From Mesoaciditogaceae bacterium (GTDB lineage: Bacteria > Thermotogota > Thermotogae > Mesoaciditogales > Mesoaciditogaceae), in assembly GCA_015486145.1 (NCBI GenBank), contig WFSH01000092.1, forward strand, positions 1-38,105: a stretch of 38,105 nt of DNA, in the 5' to 3' direction. Of this stretch, positions 25,191 to 32,419 are shown piece by piece (position 1 is the stretch's first letter; each line of letters begins with the position of its first letter). The notes below the pieces were generated by a model. That model made no database searches. It saw only the letters and a list, made by a program, of their open reading frames with translations, and was not told the origin of the DNA. The position numbers and the translations under genes are program-made.

Positions 25191-25501
25191 CCTTCGATTT
25201 TTTCCACTTTTAACAGGGAATACCACTGCCTGTGATTTTTGACACGTCTGTATCCCTTTCGTCCCTTGAACTTAACGGTCAAAACCTTTCGGTATCTTCC
25301 GTTCTTTAAAAGGGTTGCCCTGACTTTTACACCTTCTACGTAGGGGGAGCCTATTTTCGTTTCGTCATCCTTTTTTAGAGTTAAGATCTTATCCAGGATA
25401 ACTTGTTCTCCTTCTTTGATGCTTTTGAATCTTTCGGTTTTAAATGCTTCACCTTCTGACAACTTGTATTGCTTTCCTCCAACTTCAACGATGGCGTACA
25501 T
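25187..25501 (-). CDS. rplU: 50S ribosomal protein L21
   Basis: MYAIVEVGGKQYKL is the canonical L21 N-terminus. GGGAGGAGG Shine-Dalgarno upstream of ATG 25501. The ORF is open from 25579, but the extension has no L21 counterpart. Confidence 0.93.
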   Translation of the reverse strand: MYAIVEVGGKQYKLSEGEAFKTERFKSIKEGEQVILDKILTLKKDDETKIGSPYVEGVKVRATLLKNGRYRKVLTVKFKGRKGYRRVKNHRQWYSLLKVEKIEG

Positions 25502-25601
25502 TTTGCACCTCCTCCCACAAAACATCCGCCGATCCAAGGTGGAGTAGTCAACTCTCTTCAAACCCGGATCGTGCGTCATAAGATTTTACCACGAAAGACT
25601 C

Positions 25602-25630
25602 AGAATATAAAAAGAAAAAAATATTTTCAA
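25602..25630 (-). promoter_or_regulatory. Candidate sigma-70 promoter of the rplU operon (TTGAAA-N17-TATTCT on the minus strand)
   Basis: The minus strand reads TTGAAAATATTTTTTTCTTTTTATATTCT about 100 nt upstream of the rplU ATG. Hexamers were identified by eye only. Confidence 0.3.
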
Positions 25631-25828
25631 TTAGGTTACCGATTAAAGAAGAGTGGCAATGTCTAAATTTCATGATCACCTCTTTTCCTTTCAACAAAAG
25701 CTTGAATAAGACTTAGTGAACCTTACTGACAAATCAAACGGGATCTGATCTTGAACAACACGAATTATCAAGCTTTTGGGGATAAAATTGAGGATGTAAG
25801 AACAAAAAGAGTGAAAGGAGTGGTTGAA

Positions 25829-25945
25829 GTGAAAAAGAGAAACATGGAAAAGCTTTTTCGTGAGATGATCAACAGAAAATTGGCCGATAAGGTAAAAAAT
25901 GAAGCCATGCTTAAGGTGGTAAGATACGGGACGTTTAAGTTCTGA
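25829..25945 (+). CDS. Orphan small basic protein (38 aa), hypothetical
   Basis: AAGGAG lies 8 nt upstream of GTG 25829. The product is MKKRNMEKLFREMINRKLADKVKNEAMLKVVRYGTFKF, and a strong terminator follows 30 nt downstream. The ORF is open from TTG 25751. I recognise no family. Confidence 0.35.
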   Translation: MKKRNMEKLFREMINRKLADKVKNEAMLKVVRYGTFKF

Positions 25946-25974
25946 CTTGATAATAATTTCGAATCTTTGGGATC

Positions 25975-26002
25975 AAAAAAGGCGCTTTTAAGCGCCTTTT
26001 TT
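25975..26002. terminator. Intrinsic terminator (A6-stem-loop-T6, bidirectional in form)
   Basis: AAAAAAGGCGCT-TTTA-AGCGCCTTTTTT. The GC core GGCGCT/AGCGCC is at 25981-25986 / 25991-25996, and the flanking A/T runs can extend the stem to 12 bp. Confidence 0.8.
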
Positions 26003-26016
26003 GATAAAATGAACTT

Positions 26017-26988
26017 ATGAGAGCGTACATACTTTTCTTGTTTTTGACTTTAATGGCATGTGAGATTCTCGCTTTGGGCATTTTTTTCAACGTTCCCCCG
26101 AATTCTGGTGAGTTAAAATCTCGTTTGTTAGATCTTATCAACTCTGCGCAATCCACCATATCAATCGCCATTTATAACATGAACGATGTTGAAATAATAA
26201 ATGCTTTGAAAGAGAAAAGGTCAGAAGGAGTCAACGTTAGAATTGTCACGGAAGGGAAAAACTATTTGATAAATCGCGATGCTTTTTTGGGATTGAACAC
26301 CGTTGCCGATCCGACGGAAGGCGGTTTGATGCATGAAAAATTTGCCGTGATCGATGACACATGGGTGTGGGTAGGTTCTGCGAATTTTACGAAATCATCC
26401 ATGTATGAAGATTTGAACAACGCTTTGATTTTTAATTCTGAGCCGCTCTCTTGCGTGTTCAATGAAGAATTTAACCGCGTGTACAACGGATACTTTTCCA
26501 CTCCGAAATTTGCAGAAGCCACAACTTTGACGGTAGAAGGAATGAAATTAGACGTGAGATTCTCCCCCTTAGGTGGAATCTTTAGCGAAATTGTTGGCGT
26601 TCTTAAAGATGCAAAGCATGAGGTGGATGTCGCAATGTTTGCCTTTTCAGATATGAGAATCTCACTTTTGCTCATGGCGTTAGAAGAAAGAGGTGTAAAG
26701 GTAAGAGTTTTAGTGGATGAAAACTGGAATTCCTCCAAATACAGTGTTATGCCAAAAATGAAAGAGTTCAATTTTTTAAAGGACTTTGATAATCCTTACG
26801 GGTTACTTCATGACAAGTACATCATTGTGGATCCGGGTTTTCCAACTGCGAAAGTGTTAACTGGTTCTTACAACCTCACCCGTTCGGCACAAAGAAAAAA
26901 CAACGAGGTCTTAATTGTCATTCACTCAAAGAAAGTTGCGAGGTTTTACCTCGAAAATTTTGAATCTTTGTGGAAAGTGAAACCTTAG
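26017..26988 (+). CDS. Phospholipase D-superfamily protein with two HKD motifs and an N-terminal signal/anchor
   Basis: HKD 1 is MHEKFAVIDD...GSANFT and HKD 2 is LHDKYIIVDP...GSYNLT. The N-terminus MRAYILFLFLTLMACEILALGIFF is hydrophobic. 323 aa. No Shine-Dalgarno precedes ATG 26017. Confidence 0.85.
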   Translation: MRAYILFLFLTLMACEILALGIFFNVPPNSGELKSRLLDLINSAQSTISIAIYNMNDVEIINALKEKRSEGVNVRIVTEGKNYLINRDAFLGLNTVADPTEGGLMHEKFAVIDDTWVWVGSANFTKSSMYEDLNNALIFNSEPLSCVFNEEFNRVYNGYFSTPKFAEATTLTVEGMKLDVRFSPLGGIFSEIVGVLKDAKHEVDVAMFAFSDMRISLLLMALEERGVKVRVLVDENWNSSKYSVMPKMKEFNFLKDFDNPYGLLHDKYIIVDPGFPTAKVLTGSYNLTRSAQRKNNEVLIVIHSKKVARFYLENFESLWKVKP

Positions 26989-27001
26989 GGAGTGTTTTCG
27001 A

Positions 27002-27637
27002 TCATAAGAGACTCAGCACAGCAAAAAAGTGAAAAGTACTGCCTCCCAAGACAAAGATGTGCCATATTGTGTGGTGATAGGGGATTTTTCTTTGGATGTA
27101 AAATACAGTGCCAATTGTGTAAAGAACACCTCCAATGATCAGGAAGATCAAGCCTGTCTTTGGCAAAGACTCCACAAGATTTTTCAATACGAAAACCACC
27201 ATCCATCCCATGACAATGTACAGTAGAGTTGAGATGACGACGAATTTTTTGATGAAAAACACTTTAAAGATTATTCCCGCGGCGGCTAATCCCCAAACAG
27301 TTCCAAAGATCATCCATCCTATGGATCCCCTTAAGCTTATCAAAGTAAAAGGTGTATAGGTTCCCGCTATAAGTAAAAAAATAGATGAATGATCCAAAAT
27401 TTCGAAAACGCTTTTAACCGTGCTCTTTGGAAAACTATGGTACAAAGTTGAGATCGTATAGAGAGTCACCAGTGTAGAACCATATATTGTAAAACTCACG
27501 ATATACCAAGGATTTCCGTGAATGCTTGAGAAAACGATCAGTAAAACCAATGCCGCTACTGAAAGTAAAGCTCCGATGCCATGAGTTATCGAGTTGGCCA
27601 GTTCTTCTCCGAATTTGAATATTTCTACGTTGTTCAT
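27002..27637 (-). CDS. Hemolysin III / PAQR-family membrane protein
   Basis: Seven predicted TM segments. NSITHGIGALLS near the N-terminus, SxLYH as STLYHS, DHSSIFLLIAGTYTP, and HxxxH-type HHTIWHIFVLGG. AAGGAGG Shine-Dalgarno. Confidence 0.88.
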   Translation of the reverse strand: MNNVEIFKFGEELANSITHGIGALLSVAALVLLIVFSSIHGNPWYIVSFTIYGSTLVTLYTISTLYHSFPKSTVKSVFEILDHSSIFLLIAGTYTPFTLISLRGSIGWMIFGTVWGLAAAGIIFKVFFIKKFVVISTLLYIVMGWMVVFVLKNLVESLPKTGLIFLIIGGVLYTIGTVFYIQRKIPYHHTIWHIFVLGGSTFHFFAVLSLL

Positions 27638-27744
27638 TGCAAGCCTCCTTTGACTTCATTATACCTTGTGGAAAGTAAAAAACGATTTTTTTATCTTTCG
27701 TTTTGTGATAATATCTAATTAAGAAGTCTGAGGGGGTGAAGTTG

Positions 27745-28470
27745 ATGGATGGAAGGGTAAATGTTGGACTGGCGGTAACCGCGATTGTGTTAATACTTGT
27801 AACCACCATAACGAGTACGGTTGTAATGGCGATGGCGGGAATGAGAACCTTCAACGGGATGACCACTGGAATAAACATGTTAAGTTTGATTTCATTCAGT
27901 CTTGGAGTTTACATTTTTGTGTTGATCTTGGGAGTAATTACGGCAATTTTGCAATTTGTAGTTTTAAAACAGATCATGAACGTTTTGAACAACAACATAA
28001 ATCATACTCGTGCATTGCTTGCCAACATTCAGACTGACGATCTCTCGATCAAATCTGAGATAGAAGCTGCAGCGAAGGAGTTGGAGAGTGAGAGGGTTCC
28101 TGGTTGGGCTTTTTGGGGGTATGTAGTTTCTTACATAATTGCTTTTGTTTTTTTGTTTGTACCACCAATGACCAGCATCTTTGGCCTTGTTGGTTTTGTC
28201 TTATACCTGATATATCTTTACCAAATATTTTCCACTTCTGCGTCAATTTATCAGGTAAAAAACAGGGTTTACTCGTACCTCAGGAACATGAAAAAATTGC
28301 CTCAAGTTGAGGAATTACGTCCCATAACGAAAAGAAATATTTTCTTAGTTCTTGTTTTAACGATAGTCACATTTGGTGTGTATTGGCTCTACTTGTTGGT
28401 AAAACTTCCAACAGAGGTTAACGAGTTTGTGAAAAGTGACGAGAAAATTCGGGTGCGTTTTGCCAGTTAG
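27745..28470 (+). CDS. Multi-pass membrane protein with a C-terminal DUF4234-like segment, hypothetical
   Basis: GAGGGGG with ATG 27745 eight nt downstream. About 5 hydrophobic helices separated by a charged helix (SIKSEIEAAAKELESE). The C-terminal NIFLVLVLTIVTFGVYWLYLLVKL resembles the DUF4234 TxGIYxxYW motif. Confidence 0.65.
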   Translation: MDGRVNVGLAVTAIVLILVTTITSTVVMAMAGMRTFNGMTTGINMLSLISFSLGVYIFVLILGVITAILQFVVLKQIMNVLNNNINHTRALLANIQTDDLSIKSEIEAAAKELESERVPGWAFWGYVVSYIIAFVFLFVPPMTSIFGLVGFVLYLIYLYQIFSTSASIYQVKNRVYSYLRNMKKLPQVEELRPITKRNIFLVLVLTIVTFGVYWLYLLVKLPTEVNEFVKSDEKIRVRFAS

Positions 28471-28871
28471 CTTGGAAGATAGATTTCCGCCTCTCCCGTT
28501 ATGACTTTTTTTTCATTATCTAACACGGTTGTTGATAAGAATATCCTATTTTTCTCGGAATTTTTGTCTTTCACTTCCACTCTTATTTTTACCGTGTCGT
28601 TGACGTAAACTGGTTTGCGAAACCTAACCGATTGTGAAACGTACACAGTACCGGCGCCCGGAAAATCGTGCCCCAAAACTTTTGAAATTAGAGATACAAC
28701 GAGCATTCCGTGGACTATACGTTTGCCAAAAATACTCTTTTTTGCGAACTCGTCGTCTAAATGGAGTGGGTTGTTGTCCCCGGTTATTCTGGCAAATTCT
28801 CTGACCATCTCATCTGTCACTTGGACCTCAAATTCTTTAACATCTCCAAGATTTATCGCTTCGAATTTCAT
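28467..28871 (-). CDS. MaoC-like (R)-specific enoyl-CoA hydratase / hotdog-fold dehydratase
   Basis: FARITGDNNPLHLDDEFAKKSIFGKRIVHGML is the MaoC hydratase-2 motif (D-x(4)-H context). 134 aa from ATG 28871 behind GAGGAG; the ORF is open from 28916. Confidence 0.85.
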   Translation of the reverse strand: MKFEAINLGDVKEFEVQVTDEMVREFARITGDNNPLHLDDEFAKKSIFGKRIVHGMLVVSLISKVLGHDFPGAGTVYVSQSVRFRKPVYVNDTVKIRVEVKDKNSEKNRIFLSTTVLDNEKKVITGEAEIYLPS

Positions 28872-28961
28872 AAGATTCTCCTCTCTTTTGCATGGTAAAA
28901 TGGTGTTGGTGTTCAACGCTATTTTAACAAATAACTTTGTAAGATAAAAGGGAGAAAAACC

Positions 28962-29690
28962 ATGGTAATATACGGGAGAAATGTCGTTAGGGAGGCAATA
29001 AAAGCGCGACTACACATTAAGAGGGCGTATATTTTGGATTCATCAAATCTTTCGCGCGAGATGAAACAAACGGAAAATGAATTGAGACATTTGAGAGTGC
29101 CAGTTGAAAAGATGAAAGAAGAGAAATTAAAGAATATTACGCATTCTAAGGATCATCAGGGGATAGCCGCAAAGATTAACGATTACAAGTATGCGGATAC
29201 CTTTAAAACGCTCGATCGCCTTGAGCATCCTCCTTTTGTCGTGATTCTCGATCAGGTTCAGGATCCTCACAACGTCGGTGCCATTATTCGGAGTGCTTAT
29301 GGTGCAGGAGTGGATTTGTTGATCCTTCCAAAGCGTGGGGGATGTCTTGTAACTCCGGCAGTTTTAAAAACTTCTGCGGGATATGCTTTTAGGTTGTCGA
29401 TATCCGTGGAGACGAATCTTGCCAGAGTAATTGAGGAATTAAAGAAAAGGGGAATATGGGTGTATGCTGCGACCATGAAAGGAAAACCTTATTACGATAT
29501 CGACATGACCGGACCGATTGCCTTCATTTTTGGAAATGAAGGAAAAGGAGTGCGAAGACTTGTTATGGAGAAAAGTGACGGTTTTGTGTCTATCCCAATG
29601 GCAAAGAAGATGGATTCTTTGAACGTTTCTGTTAGCGTCGCGGTGATTTTATTTCGAGCGATGGAGATGAGAAACAATGCCAATTCATAA
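28962..29690 (+). CDS. rlmB: TrmH/SpoU-family RNA 2'-O-methyltransferase, RlmB-like (23S rRNA Gm2251)
   Basis: N-terminal L30e-like YGRNVVREAI. SpoU motifs DQVQDPHNVGAIIRSA, FIFGNEGKGV and IPM...SLNVSVSVAVILF. Confidence 0.82.
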   Translation: MVIYGRNVVREAIKARLHIKRAYILDSSNLSREMKQTENELRHLRVPVEKMKEEKLKNITHSKDHQGIAAKINDYKYADTFKTLDRLEHPPFVVILDQVQDPHNVGAIIRSAYGAGVDLLILPKRGGCLVTPAVLKTSAGYAFRLSISVETNLARVIEELKKRGIWVYAATMKGKPYYDIDMTGPIAFIFGNEGKGVRRLVMEKSDGFVSIPMAKKMDSLNVSVSVAVILFRAMEMRNNANS

Positions 29691-31395
29691 GCTTCCGGAA
29701 GAGGTTGTTAGAAGGATAGCAGCTGGAGAGGTGGTTGATCACGCATCTTCCGTTGTGAAAGAACTGGTTGAAAACAGTTTGGATGCCAGTGCCGACAAAG
29801 TGAAAATTTCAATAGATGGTGGCGGAAAGTCTAAGATAGTTGTGGAAGATAACGGAAGTGGCATGTCAGCGGAAGCACTCAAAATGGCTGTATTACCACA
29901 TACAACATCGAAGATAGAGAAATTTGAAGACCTGTACAAAATAGGCACATTTGGTTTTAGAGGAGAAGCTCTGGGTTCAATAAGTGCCGTTTCAAAGATG
30001 AGAATAGAAACGTCCACTTTGGGAGAAATTGGTGTGGCGCTTGACGTGATTGGTGGTGTAGCTGGGGAAGTTACAGAAATTGCCAAGGAAAAGGGCACTC
30101 GAGTAATCGTGTCAGACCTTTTTTTTAACGTACCCGCCAGAAGGAAATTCCTCAGTTCCACATCGGTTGAAACGAGAATGGTTACCGAAGTGATTCAAAA
30201 ATTCATTCTTTCCAAAAATGTGGGGTTTAGGTATGTTCACGATAAACAGGAGATATACAACGTAAAACCAGGGCTTTCTCTTGAAAGCAGAATAAAAATG
30301 GTGTTTGGTGAGTACGAGCTTGTAAGGGTGGATTCGACTTTTGGTGGTGTTAGAATTCACGGGTATATAAGTGCTCCGACCGTGGGAAGACAGAACAGGG
30401 TGAATGAAGTTATTTTTGTCAACGGGAGATATGTTCGCAGCGGACTTTTGATGAAAGCCATTGAAGTGGGATATGCTCAACATTTGAAAAAAGGGGAATT
30501 TCCGGTTGCCGTTATGTTTATAGAGGTTCCACCCCAGTTGGTGGATGTGAATGTTCATCCTCAAAAATTGGAGGTGAAATTTAGCGATCAGTCTAAAATA
30601 TTTGGAATGATCGTTGGAGCGGTGAAAAACGCCTTGGCTTCACCAGATCTTTTTAAGATACCTGTTGAAAGGGACATCTTGAGAACCTCTGAAGCCTCGA
30701 AAGTGATGGATAATTCTGAGTGGATGAAAGTTGAACCGAAAGGCCCTTCCAGCAAGGGGAAATCTTTTTTTGAAAAAGATTATTTTCAAAACTCAAATCT
30801 TTCTTTCGACATAAATATGGTATCGAAGCCTCCGGAAAAGATAGAAACGCGTGAGAAACTTTCTGAGACGAAAATCGTGGGAGTTGTACGTGGTAGATAT
30901 ATAATGTGTGAAGGAAAAAACACATTGTATTTCATTGACATGCACGCGGCGCATGAAAGGATTCTTTATGATAAATTTAAAGTTTCTACTTTTAGCACAT
31001 CACAGCATCTTGCCATGCCCATAAAGCTCGATCTTACCGAGTCACAAAAAGAAATTCTTGCTGAACACAGAAATGAGGTACACGGTTTCGGTTTTGAGTG
31101 GAAAGACGACGAACTTACAGGGGTCCCGAATATTGGAAGGAGTATAGATTGGCAAGAGGTATTTGTATCGGTTGTGGAATCTTTTCGCCTCTCGTTTGCG
31201 GAAGATCCGAGGGATGAATTTTTGGCCACTCTTGCGTGTAAAGCGGCAGTGAAAACGGGGGAGAAGATCTCAAAAGAAGAAATTTTTCAACTTCTTAAGG
31301 ATGTGGATAAACTTGAAATCTGGTCATGCCCTCATGGAAGGCCGCTTGTATATTCTTTGGATTTTAAAAGATTGGATAGGTATTTTGGAAGATGA
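29677..31395 (+). CDS. mutL: DNA mismatch repair protein MutL
   Basis: MPIHKLPEEVVRRIAAGEVV, GHKL ATPase motifs ELVENSLDA, DNGSGM and GFRGEAL, and the endonuclease-type C-terminal domain (CPHGRP). The start overlaps the rlmB end by 14 nt. Confidence 0.93.
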   Translation: MPIHKLPEEVVRRIAAGEVVDHASSVVKELVENSLDASADKVKISIDGGGKSKIVVEDNGSGMSAEALKMAVLPHTTSKIEKFEDLYKIGTFGFRGEALGSISAVSKMRIETSTLGEIGVALDVIGGVAGEVTEIAKEKGTRVIVSDLFFNVPARRKFLSSTSVETRMVTEVIQKFILSKNVGFRYVHDKQEIYNVKPGLSLESRIKMVFGEYELVRVDSTFGGVRIHGYISAPTVGRQNRVNEVIFVNGRYVRSGLLMKAIEVGYAQHLKKGEFPVAVMFIEVPPQLVDVNVHPQKLEVKFSDQSKIFGMIVGAVKNALASPDLFKIPVERDILRTSEASKVMDNSEWMKVEPKGPSSKGKSFFEKDYFQNSNLSFDINMVSKPPEKIETREKLSETKIVGVVRGRYIMCEGKNTLYFIDMHAAHERILYDKFKVSTFSTSQHLAMPIKLDLTESQKEILAEHRNEVHGFGFEWKDDELTGVPNIGRSIDWQEVFVSVVESFRLSFAEDPRDEFLATLACKAAVKTGEKISKEEIFQLLKDVDKLEIWSCPHGRPLVYSLDFKRLDRYFGR

Positions 31396-32312
31396 AGGTT
31401 GAAGAAGCGATTGCCAAAATCCTAAAGGAAGGAACGCGAAAAAGAGTCGAAGAGGAGATCGAAAAGGCCAGAAAACTTGGGGTTTCTCTCGTACCTTATG
31501 GGAGTAAATTGTATCCTAAAACCCTTGCGGAAATTCACGATCCCCCTGTCCTTTTGTATGTTTGGGGAGAGAATTTTGACGCTCTGAAGGAGTTTTCCAT
31601 AGCGATTGTGGGATCTAGAAAGGCAAGTTCTTACGGAAAAGCGGCGGCATCTTTGATTTCTGGAGAACTTTCAAGAAATGGTGTGGTGATCGTGAGTGGT
31701 TTGGCCTACGGTATAGATTCGACAGCTCATGCGGCGGCGTTGAAAAGCGGAACAACCGTAGCGGTTCTTGGAAACGGTGTAGACGTCGTTTACCCCTTTG
31801 TGAATGGGAAACTCTTTGAAGAAGTGAAAAAGCACGGTTGCTTGGTGAGTGAATTTCCGTTTGGTACAAAACCAGATAGATGGACCTTTCCAAGGCGTAA
31901 CAGGATAATAGCTGGTCTTTCGATGGGCACTGTTGTGGTTGAAGCAGCGAAACACAGCGGTTCTTTAATAACGGCCAGATTGGCTCTTGAAGAAGGAAGA
32001 GAAGTTTTCGCCATCCCAGGACCGATTTTCTCTTCAACCAGTGAAGGTACGAATGAATTGATAAAAGAAGGGGCAAAATGTGTTACAAGGGCTGATGATG
32101 TTCTAAATGAGTTTGGCTATGTTAGTTCTGTTTTGGTGGACAGAAAAGATGGAGATCCAATTCTCGAATGTTTGAAAGAGGGCCCAAAAACCGTTGAAGA
32201 AATATGTCAATCGGTCGGAATCTCCATAGATGAATTAAATGTTAAGCTCACGATGCTCGAAGTGAACGGTGATATTGAATGTGATTCTGCGGGAAGGTTC
32301 AGAGTAACTTAG
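31392..32312 (+). CDS. dprA: DNA-processing protein DprA (Smf)
   Basis: IAIVGSRKASSYG...VSGLAYGIDSTAHAAAL...FPRRNRIIAGLS...VVEAAKHSGSLITA. ATGA overlap with the mutL stop. Confidence 0.9.
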   Translation: MKVEEAIAKILKEGTRKRVEEEIEKARKLGVSLVPYGSKLYPKTLAEIHDPPVLLYVWGENFDALKEFSIAIVGSRKASSYGKAAASLISGELSRNGVVIVSGLAYGIDSTAHAAALKSGTTVAVLGNGVDVVYPFVNGKLFEEVKKHGCLVSEFPFGTKPDRWTFPRRNRIIAGLSMGTVVVEAAKHSGSLITARLALEEGREVFAIPGPIFSSTSEGTNELIKEGAKCVTRADDVLNEFGYVSSVLVDRKDGDPILECLKEGPKTVEEICQSVGISIDELNVKLTMLEVNGDIECDSAGRFRVT

Positions 32313-32355
32313 CCTACGAATGTTGCTTGCTTTTGATGATCTTCTCAGATACAAA

Positions 32356-32383
32356 TTGCATATATTTTTGTATATAATATAGT
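32356..32383 (+). promoter_or_regulatory. Candidate promoter TTGCAT-N16-TATAGT of the oxidoreductase gene, overlapped by a 7-bp inverted repeat
   Basis: TTGCAT at 32356-32361 and TATAGT at 32378-32383, 37 nt upstream of ATG 32420 (GAGAGGAGG Shine-Dalgarno). The inverted repeat ATACAAA (32349-32355) / TTTGTAT (32367-32373) brackets the -35. Confidence 0.35.
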
Positions 32384-32419
32384 AGTACAAGATCATGGTA
32401 TTGAGAGGAGGAAAGAAAC

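Noticed and set aside
25548-25673. A 41-aa minus-strand ORF (MKFRHCHSSLIGNLIENIFFFLYSESFVVKSYDARSGFEES) upstream of rplU, with GAGGTG 3 nt before the ATG.
   Set aside because: The Shine-Dalgarno spacing is too short. The ORF would run through the best promoter candidate and the leader stem of rplU, and the peptide has no recognisable features. It is kept only as an alternative to the leader-RNA idea.
27435-27878. A 147-aa minus-strand ORF spanning the hlyIII 5' end, the divergent spacer and the start of the DUF4234-like gene.
   Set aside because: It is out of frame with hlyIII and antisense to a well-supported start region. It has no Shine-Dalgarno, and its composition looks like frame-shifted membrane-protein sequence.
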